Below, piece by piece: positions 46,138 to 56,259 of a DNA stretch of 64,000 bases. The notes beneath the pieces are model-generated. The model had not been told where the DNA came from. It saw nothing but the letters and a program-made list of their open reading frames with translations, and did no database searches. The stretch is from positions 1 through 64,000 of the IMG/VR virus record IMGVR_UViG_3300043420_000984, one strand, 5' to 3'. The DNA comes from a virus. Each line of letters opens with the position of its first letter. The first letter of the stretch is position 1. The translations under genes and the position numbers were made by a program.

Positions 46138-47382
46138 ATGACCCTCACTCTTCGCCCCCATCAGCAGCGTATGCTCGATGCTCTGCTGACTGCCTCTAAA
46201 GGTCGCGTGACCTGCCCTACGGGCGGCGGCAAGACCCTTGTGATGATCCTTGACTGTCTGCGTCGCCTGCAGCAGGCAGACCGCCCTCAGACGATCGTGG
46301 TGGTCTCTCCTCGCATCCTGCTGTCGGTCCAACTCTATGAAGAGTTCTTTGCTGAACTGAATGGCAAGGTGAATGTGGAAGTTCTCCATGTTCATAGCGG
46401 TGAGGTTGATGGCATGAGCACCACCAAGATCGATATGATCCAGTGCCATGATGTTGTGTGTGAGACTGCTGGTGTTCATCAACTGATCTTCACCACCTAC
46501 AACTCTCTTCGCCGTGTGAATGAGGCAGGCATCGATGTAGATACTATCTACTATGATGAGGCGCACAACTCTGTTCGCCGTGACTTCTTCAAAGAAGTTG
46601 CTGCTGCTACTCTGACTGCCAAGAATGCTTACTATCTGACTGCCACCCCTAAGTTTCGTGGCGGTGTGATCAGCATGAACAACACTGATGTGTATGGTTC
46701 CGAGTTGATCTCTGTTCCTGCTCCTGAGTTGATCAACAACGGTAGCATCATTCCTCCTACTGTGCAAGCTCACGTTGTAGATTTCGAGCGTAACAAGTCT
46801 CTGCTCGCTGCAGAGAATGACCGTGAAGTGCTGATGGATATTGTCAGCAAACTCGATGGTGATAGTGCCCAGAAGATCCTGGTTGCTGCTCCCAACACTC
46901 GTGTGCTGTGGGCGCTGCTGTCGCAAACTAACGTGATGGCAGAGTTTGCTGCTCGTGGTTATGATGTGCTTCACATCACCAGCAAGCATGGTGCTTACAT
47001 CAACAAAAAGAAAGTAGGTCGTCAAGAGTTCTTCGATACTCTTGATGCCTGGGGTAAAGATCCCAACCGTAAGTTCATCATGTTCCACTACAGCATCCTG
47101 TCTGAAGGTATCAACGTCCCTGGTCTCACCCATACTATTCTCCTTCGCAATCTGCCCGTGATTGAGATGGCGCAAACCATCGGTCGTGTGATCCGTCTTG
47201 ACCGTCAGGATGCTGCTGACATCGCTGCTGGTAAGATCACTCCTGGCAAACTGGAGATGTATCGCAAGCGTACTGGTTTCGTGACTGTGCCTGTCTTCAC
47301 CAACTATGGTAAGCAGACTGAGAAGCGCCTGCAAGCGGTTGTGGATACCATCTTTGTCAAGGGTCAATCCCTTATCGGTTGA
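46138..47382 (+). CDS. Superfamily 2 (DEAH, ResIII-like) helicase
   Basis: LRPHQ, PTGGGKT, DEAH, TATP, LSEGINVP, QTIGRVIR. Confidence 0.93.
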   Translation: MTLTLRPHQQRMLDALLTASKGRVTCPTGGGKTLVMILDCLRRLQQADRPQTIVVVSPRILLSVQLYEEFFAELNGKVNVEVLHVHSGEVDGMSTTKIDMIQCHDVVCETAGVHQLIFTTYNSLRRVNEAGIDVDTIYYDEAHNSVRRDFFKEVAAATLTAKNAYYLTATPKFRGGVISMNNTDVYGSELISVPAPELINNGSIIPPTVQAHVVDFERNKSLLAAENDREVLMDIVSKLDGDSAQKILVAAPNTRVLWALLSQTNVMAEFAARGYDVLHITSKHGAYINKKKVGRQEFFDTLDAWGKDPNRKFIMFHYSILSEGINVPGLTHTILLRNLPVIEMAQTIGRVIRLDRQDAADIAAGKITPGKLEMYRKRTGFVTVPVFTNYGKQTEKRLQAVVDTIFVKGQSLIG

Positions 47383-47399
47383 GTAAATAGTAATCAATC

Positions 47400-48588
47400 A
47401 TGGAGATTAGCATGGACGACAAGCAACGTAAGCAGAAAGATGCTCTCGGTCTATTCATTGAGAGTGTCTTGAAACCAGACCATGAGCTACGCCAGTGTGC
47501 CCATAACCAGAAATGTTACAATGAACTGCTGGAATGGCGCGAAAGTGTGCTAGAATATCTCTACGCGAAGAGAAAAGACTTCGAATGAAACTAAATCCCA
47601 CTAACCCCTACGTTTTTACTATGACAGGACATGAGTACGTGACTGAAGGACGCCCTAATGTGAGTGTAGATTGGAAAGCGGAGTATGCTAAGCAACGCAA
47701 AGATCGTTTGGCAGACAGTATCCACGAGTATCTTGAGGATAGTGACGTGAGTATCCTAGAATTCTATAACGATCTGCGCGATATTATTGTGGAGATCAAT
47801 ACTTACCACAAAACCTTCGCTGAAAAGGCTGAGGGCGCCCTGCTGCTGGTCCATGGCAAACCCAAGACCGAAAATGGTGATGTTGAACCTCCTGCGGAAG
47901 CCTGGAATGGATGAGAAAACCAAACTGATCCTTGCACAGATGCAAATAAATAACCTCGTCGAACTGCTGAAAGGCAACGAATACGAGCAGTATTTGTATC
48001 ACAAACTTATCACTGTCGATGTAGAACTGAAGCGCCAACTATCTCACCATGACTGAAGACGATTTTAAGAAAGCAATCGAAAATGTTCTGATGATGCAGA
48101 ATAATAACGATGCAAACTTCCAAATTTTACAAGCACAAAATGATAGATTGCAGTCTCAAATTGATGGACTGAAACAACAACTATCCGAATTGAATGATCT
48201 CAAGGAGATGTTCCGTCTTCCTAAACCAGAGAACAAAGATCGTCAATTGTTTGAAGTAATTGACGAATGACTTTCAAATATGGTACGATGGTAGAATACC
48301 GCAACGTTCGCGGTTGGGTCAATTTCATTGACGATCAGTACATTACTATCTGTTATATTGACAGACCAGATAGATCATCTCATACTGGTCGTTACCAAGC
48401 AAACCTTGTAGTTTTTCGTGAGTATTGGAATGAAGTACGCAGTTGTGTGGATGAAACAAAAAAAGAACAAGCAGACGAAACAACAAGCTATTTTCTACAA
48501 TCTAGAGGATGCGATTATGTGGGAGCAGCATGTTAATATGACAGAACATGCTAAAACAGAAATCCACCCCGTCTTCGGGGACAGTTGA
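47400..48588 (+). other. Run of ~6 small coupled hypothetical ORFs
   Basis: 47412-47588, 47585-47914, 47907-48056, 48049-48270, 48267-48536, 48430-48588 with ATGA-type overlaps. Confidence 0.65.
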
Positions 48589-48659
48589 AAAAGTGGTACG
48601 GGGGGCGATTGACACCGCCCCTTTTTCATGCCATAATACCAGTATCAACATAATCTATC

Positions 48660-49505
48660 ATGACACCACTCCAACGCCTTGAGTCTATTCTAACTGCAGT
48701 TTATGATAATGCTAGACATCTAGAAACTGCTGCTGATCAGGTGTATATGTCATGCTTCCGAACAGGAACTGACCTCACTTCCTTGTTGGACAATATTCAA
48801 TCTGACATGATGTTTGATGTAGATAATTTTAGTGAAGCATCTGCTGGTAATATTTTCGGTTATATACGAGAAGAATTTCGTGAATGTGTCTCACGTTTTG
48901 TCAATATTACTGCTGGTGGTAATGGTGGCATGGCATCTATAGGTCGTGGTGAATTCATGATTTCGTTTGCTAGTAACTTTAAAGCTAAGATTAGCAAGGC
49001 AGGTAAGGGTGATCTTGAATATGTCATCAATCTTATTAACGAAGAAGTAAAGCGGATTAACGAAGAAGTAAAGTGGAATGGTGGTAAAATCGAAGTATCT
49101 AAAACTCAGGGTAAGGAAGTTTATAAGGAGTTTATCTCCCTATTGAAAGAGAATAATGATATTGATCTTATCATCAAGGACTTTCTTCCCTTTCGCAAAA
49201 AAGATAAGAAGGTGTATGACGCTGACACTATCAATCTCCTGAATTCTTATTTCTGGCAAGCGGTTTCTGGGCAAAAATGTGGTCCTCTTACAGATGCTGA
49301 GTTGAAAAAACTCTGTCTCCGCTGTGCTTTTGATCTTACTTTTACTAAATCAGATTCTATTCTCATTGTCAATGAAGATGGTAAGTTTGTTCGCTTTACA
49401 AATGTAGATAATGCTGTAGAATATTACCAAAACAAAATTGATGAGGTTGATCTAGAAATTCGTGCTAAACAAACTAATCCCATTGCCATTTACTTATTTG
49501 TATGA
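48660..49505 (+). CDS. Putative PD-(D/E)xK restriction-type endonuclease
   Basis: GRGE..GDL..EVK pattern; coupled (ATGA) to a DNA methylase. Confidence 0.5.
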   Translation: MTPLQRLESILTAVYDNARHLETAADQVYMSCFRTGTDLTSLLDNIQSDMMFDVDNFSEASAGNIFGYIREEFRECVSRFVNITAGGNGGMASIGRGEFMISFASNFKAKISKAGKGDLEYVINLINEEVKRINEEVKWNGGKIEVSKTQGKEVYKEFISLLKENNDIDLIIKDFLPFRKKDKKVYDADTINLLNSYFWQAVSGQKCGPLTDAELKKLCLRCAFDLTFTKSDSILIVNEDGKFVRFTNVDNAVEYYQNKIDEVDLEIRAKQTNPIAIYLFV

Positions 49506-50269
49506 CTTTTGATTTACAACTAGGTGACTGTCTGGAACTCATGAAAGAGATTCCAGACGAATTCATTGATTTTATTTGTTGCGATCCACCCTACGGCACT
49601 ACCAGCATCAAATGGGACGAGATTTTGGATTTTGATGCTATGTGGGAGCAGTATGGTCGCATCATTAAGCCCAAGGGTATGATGTGTCTGTTTGGATCAC
49701 AACCATTCTCCGCGCAGTTGATCTGTTCGAAGATCAATTGGTTCAAGTATGAACTGGTGTGGAATAAGAACAAGTGTGGTTCTCCTGGTCTTGCCAAGTA
49801 TAGACCTATGAAAACACATGAGAATGTACTTTTATTTGCCAAGAATCCTGGTGGTATCTACAACCCACAGATGGAGGAGGGAGAACCATATGCTCGCAAG
49901 AGCAAGAATCCCGAGGGATATGTTGGACGTAAGAATGACCATGGATATGGTATGAAACCACGCAAGGAGTTTGAGAACAAAGGTACGCGCTACCCTAAGT
50001 CTGTTTTGAACATCTCACGCGACTTCAGCGCACAACAGCAAGTACATCCCACACAAAAGCCCGTGCCTTTGATGGAATGGTTGATCAACACATACTCCAA
50101 TGAGGGTGATACCGTGCTTGATAATTGCATGGGATCTGGTTCTACTGGTGTTGCTGCCGTTAAATTGCGCCGTAATTTTATTGGTATGGAATCTGACGCG
50201 GAATATTACTCCGTGGCAGAGAAAAGAATAAAAGAAGTAGATAGGGTTGACATTAATAATTTTTTGTGA
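49502..50269 (+). CDS. Beta-class DNA amino-methyltransferase (N6-A/N4-C)
   Basis: GDCLE, DPPYG, HPTQKP, VLDNCMGSGSTG. Confidence 0.95.
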   Translation: MTFDLQLGDCLELMKEIPDEFIDFICCDPPYGTTSIKWDEILDFDAMWEQYGRIIKPKGMMCLFGSQPFSAQLICSKINWFKYELVWNKNKCGSPGLAKYRPMKTHENVLLFAKNPGGIYNPQMEEGEPYARKSKNPEGYVGRKNDHGYGMKPRKEFENKGTRYPKSVLNISRDFSAQQQVHPTQKPVPLMEWLINTYSNEGDTVLDNCMGSGSTGVAAVKLRRNFIGMESDAEYYSVAEKRIKEVDRVDINNFL

Positions 50270-50335
50270 TATAGTAGTTCGGTAATTAGAAATGGACAAT
50301 TTCCATTTCTCCCAAACAGTTTAAGGAGACCCATT

Positions 50336-51427
50336 ATGTCTTTCGCAAAACCACCAGAAATTAAGCGAGTTATGTTTAATGACTGGGTAGATGAAAAAAA
50401 GTACAGAGTCAATCCAATTGAAAGACCATACAAGCAACGAGCAAAAAGAGCTGATGTAATTGAACGGTTCAATCCATGGCAGCCTACACATTATCTTGGA
50501 CACGCTACTATTCTTCAAAATGATGACGTTGATGAAGTCAGTGGTATAAAATATAAAAAAGGAACCATATTCAAATTGGATATGCACACCAGACCCCAAG
50601 TAATTATTAATGGGGATAGTGATGCAACTCCAGAACTAATTGATCAAAATGGCGGATTCATTATTTCCACGGAAAATGCTGATAGTATCAAGGATGTGAA
50701 GAGACAATATAAGCAGCATGATAGCTCAGAAGCAGTTGAGAAGAGATCTGATGCAATGTATTCTGCTTTCTTTTCCGCTTACTGCGATACTCTGATTCCA
50801 CAACCAGACAATCCTGCTTTTATGAAAGCTCAACCACTTTCATATGCCGCACACTACACATTTGGATGGGATCCAGTAGAAAGAACAGGATTCAAAACTG
50901 ACAGTGGATTGGATCAAGAAACTCTTTCTTATGCTGTAAAAGAGTTTATGCCTTACTTTGATAAACTTGATAACATCACCTTTAATACTAAGAAGATGTC
51001 ATCAAAAAATGATGCAGCACATGTTTATTCTTGCATCAAATGGGATAGTTGGTTGTATTTTGCCAGTTTGATGACTGGTCATTATCATAACTGGTCTCCT
51101 GCTTGGTATCATACAGTTTTAAAGATCAACGATTGTGATCTGTCTGGTTTAGATCTTACTGGAAAAAAAGGATCTACAGCACTTGCTCTCCTCTGCCGCG
51201 AATGGGATCAAACTAATGGTGTTCCAGCACATCCAGACAAGCGTTTGAACAAAGGACAATTAGGTAGTGCTTTGATCGATCAATTGTTCTTTCTATTTGA
51301 TACTTCTATCAATGAACCCAACAAAAGATTTAAGAGTATTTCATCTGAAAGTGCTGGTTATTTTGATAATTTCTATAAATTCAGGTTGAACAAAGGTAGG
51401 AAGAATAATCTCTCGTTTTTCTTTTGA
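50336..51427 (+). CDS. Hypothetical protein, possible ParB/DGQHR-like domain
   Basis: 363 aa, AGGAG RBS; KLDMHTR resembles (I/L)DG(Q/H)xR. Confidence 0.6.
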   Translation: MSFAKPPEIKRVMFNDWVDEKKYRVNPIERPYKQRAKRADVIERFNPWQPTHYLGHATILQNDDVDEVSGIKYKKGTIFKLDMHTRPQVIINGDSDATPELIDQNGGFIISTENADSIKDVKRQYKQHDSSEAVEKRSDAMYSAFFSAYCDTLIPQPDNPAFMKAQPLSYAAHYTFGWDPVERTGFKTDSGLDQETLSYAVKEFMPYFDKLDNITFNTKKMSSKNDAAHVYSCIKWDSWLYFASLMTGHYHNWSPAWYHTVLKINDCDLSGLDLTGKKGSTALALLCREWDQTNGVPAHPDKRLNKGQLGSALIDQLFFLFDTSINEPNKRFKSISSESAGYFDNFYKFRLNKGRKNNLSFFF

Positions 51428-51428
51428 T

Positions 51429-54400
51429 GTGACACTTTGAGAAGTGGCACAGGGGTCCTCGTGACCCCTTTTTTATGCTCTATACTACTAAGGTAATCGA
51501 GAGACACCCCATGCAACTGGTCCAAGGCGCAATGCAAGTTGATTTCTATCCTGCTGCTGGATTGACTGGTAAGTTCGTTCAAGTAACTTCTTTTGACGGT
51601 AAAGAAATGAGTGAGCGTCTGATCTCCAAGAAAGATATGGAGTATGAAGCAGACTCTCGTATTAACACTTATGGTTACAAAGTGACCAAGTTTCACACTT
51701 TCCCCCGTGTTAAAGTTATGGTGTGCTGCTGATGTTTGCTCTCATTCTCGCCACAGTTACTGCTTATCAAGATCCTTATGTTGCACCCGAGTTTGTACGT
51801 CGTCATTGCGCTGCTGTCGTTGGTATTCCTTATGCTTCCGACAACTTCACAGAAGAAGAATGGTTTGAATTCGTGGGATGCGTCCGTCGTCATTTAGATA
51901 CTCAGATTGATGTTTGAATTCCCATATAAACCACCTAAAGGATACACCTATGAGATCATGCCTCATAAGCGCAATGTTCTTTCTATTTGGATCTGTAACC
52001 ACGGTAAGTTTAGCTATACTGATGATACCCCAGTTAAGTCAATCTGGGGATTTTATAATACAAAAACCAATCAATACATTGCACCAGTTAATTCATCAAC
52101 ACCAGGAGAAGTGGTAGAATTTGATGCCACAACTCCCTACAGCGCCATGCAGATCCTGAAACCGCTGCGCCCCAGCGTCCTATCGTTCTGCTAGAGGCAC
52201 CTAGGAGCGCCTGTAACCCCCCTCTGACCGTTATGACCTATCTTTGCCCCTCTGTCGTCACCATGGCGACCCTAGACACGCAGCAGCTCCAGTTCCTGAT
52301 CGACCTGATGTGGGGGCACGATCCCAAGGATACCAGGAAACTGGCGAAGCACCATGGCGTTGATGAGATCAAGCTCCTGTGCCAGTTGGCAGAGTGTCTC
52401 AACAACGCCCTTGCTGAGCTCGACTGACCCTATACTACTAAGGTACTCAAGGGAACGCCCCATGATCAAAGACCTCCCCGCTGAGATCTACGACATCTGC
52501 CCCAATACTGGTATGCCTCTCTTTCCTGGTCAATCTCCTATGACACAAGAAGAGATTGATGAGTTTCATCGTGTTTGTGAGATGACTGAGGAAGAATACT
52601 ACATGTATTGGAATGAGGGTGAAGACCACGCTCAAGATGCTATGTGGCATGAATCTCACAATTGATTATGAAAACAACTTACATCTTTCTCGCGGTTATT
52701 GCCATTATCATGTATAATGGCATGTTGATCAACCGCGACAAACAACTATTTGAAGCATACGATAAAGTATGCGCTGAACTTCCCAAACCCCATCCTGATT
52801 GCCGTTACTCCAAATGACACCTGATACTTACAGTTTTGCTGGTGATGCTACCACCTTCCTTGGTCTGGTTGGTGTGGTTTCGTCGCTTGTTATTATTGTT
52901 ACTGCTTTCCGCCGCTTTTACACTTCCCCCTTGAACAAATGATTGAAGAAGTTATGCTTGACCGTCAGATCCTAGAACAACTGGATCGCTATGATATTTC
53001 CCTAGGATGGGATGACGAACTGCCTGATCTGGATACCGAGTGGGCAGTTGAACAACTGTCACAGGAGGCCCTCCTGCTCCTGTCCTGATCCTCTATACTG
53101 ATTACATCAGCGAAAGACACCGCACCATGATCTCCCTGCCCAACCCCACCTTCGCCCAGTTCCAAGCAGAGCAAGACGCTCGCAACACTATCCAACTGAA
53201 CATCGTCAAGTATGGTCTGATGCTGTGTGATGCTCTCCAGCAAGATGCTCCTGATGGTTACACTTACGCTCTGGATTCTTCTGGTCGTAAGTATCACAAA
53301 GTCTTCATGTATATTGATGGTAAGCGTAGCAGCATCCACGCTTTCATTGACAAGAAGACTGGTGAAGTCTACAAACCTGCTAGTCTCAAAGCGCCTGCCA
53401 AGGGTGTTCGTTACAACGTTCTCTCTATTTCTTCCCGCGAAGAGATGTTTGAGAAGTGTGACTGGGCGGGTGGTTATCTTTACATGCGTTGACATTCCGC
53501 CCCTCACCTGCTAAATTACTACAGAGTTCAATCGCTTTCACTCCCATGTTTTACATCGTTACTGGTGGTACTGCTTACGCCATGGATCATTCCACGGATG
53601 TTATGTACGGCATGACCTGTTTTGACGACAATACGGTTGATGTTGATGACTGCTTCGAGATCGACTATGATAGCATGGATAATGATGAACGTGAATATGT
53701 CGCTCATGTGGCGTATCACCTTCAGCAGATTGCTAAGTTGACCGAAGAGCACCGTGAGGTATTTGTCAAATGAATTTACTACAGGATTACATCAGGGATT
53801 TCATAGAACCCTATCCCAATCGTTACACGATGGGTGAGTACGAGACCCGTGTTCGCCCCAAATCTACTCTAGATGACGATGGGGTAGCTAAGTTCTGGCG
53901 TCTGTTCGCTAAGTTTCCCAACGATTTTGCCGCTGCTGCAGTTTCGCTGCTTCCTCGTGATGTAGAATTCATCCAGTACGACCACCTCAACAACATCCTT
54001 TTCCTGAAAAAACTATGAACGAAATTCAACGCCTCTCTGCCCAACGTGATGACATCTACGATTGGGCATGTGATCGCTTTCAGGAATTGTTGGCGGCGGA
54101 AGATCATGATGGTGCTTTATCTATTGCTGATGAGTTTTTTGAGTGGTTGGACCCCGAACAACTGGAAGACGAACCTATTCACTACTATGACGAACGAGAA
54201 CTCATCCAACTCCACTACGAACTCTATCAGCAGCGAAATGCGTAGTTTGATCCTAGATTACATGACAGCGTACAATTCTGATAATTACGTATTGGCAGAA
54301 ACTCTGCTACAAAAAATCAAGCAGATGAGGAAAAATGAAAGTAACGATTGAACTAGGTCCCGATCTCCAACTAGAATATCAGTCCTGGTTGGACGTAAAA

Positions 54401-55178
54401 GAAAGTCTTGGTATTGATCGTAGCATCAACAACTTTCTGTACTACACTTACAACTTTGGTACGTTTGCCAATCCTAAGAACCCTGACGAAAACCAAGATG
54501 AATGAGAAAACATGTTGTAAAATCTCTCGCTTCGCCATGGTTTATAGTTGAGACATTTTTAGCACACTACTTACAGAAATGGAGAAACATGATTGATGTC
54601 AAACAAGAAGACGACGGCACCCTCACCATCAGCTGGGACGAAAACGACCCTCAAGAAAGCATCCTCAACACCTGGACCGAAGAAGACTTCATCAACGCAA
54701 TCCAAGACAAATGCAAGTCTCTCCAAGAACTTGGAGAAGCTGACAACGCAACCGAAGCGGTCAACCAAGTCACAGACTACTTCATCGACCAAACCCCAGA
54801 GGAAGTCCAGCAAGACATCCGCAACGCCCAAGAGTTCATCGAAAAGAAAGAATACAAGTCCACAGGAGCTCGTCTATTCTTCTGATCTGAACTTGTTTCC
54901 CTATGTCGATACATTCCCGTATCGCCTAGAGGACAAGACCGAAAAGAAAACCTGTTACTTCCAAACTGAAAGCCATGCTCGAAAGTACATTGACCGATAC
55001 AAACCTGAATACCAACTATACTGTTTTGCTTGAGGAAGACGGAGATGATCTCATTCTCCCTATTCCCGATGAGATCCTTGATCAACTGGGTTGGGATGAC
55101 GGTTGCCTACTAGATTGGAGTGTTGATGAGGTAAATAATACTATTATCATCAGCAAGGTGAACGAGGAGGTGATGTAA
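51429..55178 (+). other. Early region of small hypothetical ORFs in promoter cassettes, ending in an AbrB/SpoVT-like ORF
   Basis: Cassettes at 51429, 52379, 53041; ORFs 51511-51732, 51723-51917, 51907-52194, 52462-52665, 53127-53492, 53546-53773, 53770-54018, 54015-54245, 54589-54885; LILPIPDEILDQLGWDDG in 54975-55178. Confidence 0.65.
54596..55033 (+). CDS. Protein with basic K/S/T-rich N-terminus overprinted on 54589-54885
   Basis: Only ATG for the globular C-terminal part (FPYRLEDK..CYFQ..HARKYIDRY) is at 54596. Confidence 0.5.
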   Translation: MSNKKTTAPSPSAGTKTTLKKASSTPGPKKTSSTQSKTNASLSKNLEKLTTQPKRSTKSQTTSSTKPQRKSSKTSATPKSSSKRKNTSPQELVYSSDLNLFPYVDTFPYRLEDKTEKKTCYFQTESHARKYIDRYKPEYQLYCFA

Positions 55179-55179
55179 T

Positions 55180-55572
55180 TTGGGTATGTTCGACTATTTC
55201 AGATCATCTTATGACCTGGGACCACAACTAACAAACGTGGAGTGTCAAACCAAAGATATTGAAGATGGATATAGTGGCACCATGTCACAATACTGGTTGT
55301 CACCCGATGGTTATCTGTATGTGGTAGACTACTCCAACACTCAGGATCTCAAGATGTACGAGCCAGGAGATCCTGAGTATAATGCTGAACGATCCTGGTT
55401 GAATTTTGCCTGGATACCAAACGGCAACCACGGAAAAATTAGAGTACATGCCCTCACCAAATATGTTGAAGTCTATACATCAGCATGGGGAGGAGCATGG
55501 GAAGACTGGCCTCGTGCTAAACTACACTTCAAGTACGGTAAGTTACAAGACTATGAGCTTATTACGCGCTAG
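55180..55572 (+). CDS. Conserved hypothetical protein (MGMFD type)
   Basis: GMFDY..QTKD motif; GGAGG upstream, TTG start. Confidence 0.7.
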   Translation: MGMFDYFRSSYDLGPQLTNVECQTKDIEDGYSGTMSQYWLSPDGYLYVVDYSNTQDLKMYEPGDPEYNAERSWLNFAWIPNGNHGKIRVHALTKYVEVYTSAWGGAWEDWPRAKLHFKYGKLQDYELITR

Positions 55573-55860
55573 ACACCGTGAAGACTTCGGACATGAGTGG
55601 TACGTTCAAATCCTAAACACAGGTAAGCATGTACCTAGACCATTCAAAGATATGTCCCTGTTACAACTGTCTGTATCATGGAATGATTATCCTAGTTGGC
55701 CCTACCTACAGATCAAATCTGGAACTGGTAGTCTATTGAGTATCCTGTTCTGGGCTTACAAACTAGGATTTGATATTGGATTTATTGAGCGCACCTGGGA
55801 TTGGGGGCGCGTTGACAATTTGACTAATGACCCTGATTTTATTAGAATAGAGGATTGCTA

Positions 55861-56259
55861 ATGGCACAAGATAACACTATTCGTAACTTTGGTATTGTTG
55901 GGGTATCCTTTCTGGTATCCCTGTTTGTGATTAGTTCTATTATAGGACCAATCTACAACGTCTGGGCTCAGTCTCTTGATGGTAAGGCAGAGCTACAGAA
56001 AGCAGAATACACTCGCCAGGTTGCTGTGCTTGAAGCACAAGCAAAGAAAGATAGTGCTCAGCAACTTGCTGATGCTGAAATTATCCGTGCTCAAGGTGTG
56101 GCAAAAGCAAACTCTATCATCGGTGAGAGTCTGAAGGACAATCCTGCTTATCTTCAGTATCTGTGGATTACCGAGGGTGAGAAAGATTCTAACCGCACGG
56201 TGTATATGGTCCCCAGCAATGGTGGCGCTCCAGTTCCTACATTTGATATTCAAAAATGA
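55861..56259 (+). CDS. Membrane protein with SPFH/band-7-like coiled coil
   Basis: N-terminal TM helix; ADAEIIRAQGVAKANSIIGESL..YLQYLWI. Confidence 0.7.
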   Translation: MAQDNTIRNFGIVGVSFLVSLFVISSIIGPIYNVWAQSLDGKAELQKAEYTRQVAVLEAQAKKDSAQQLADAEIIRAQGVAKANSIIGESLKDNPAYLQYLWITEGEKDSNRTVYMVPSNGGAPVPTFDIQK

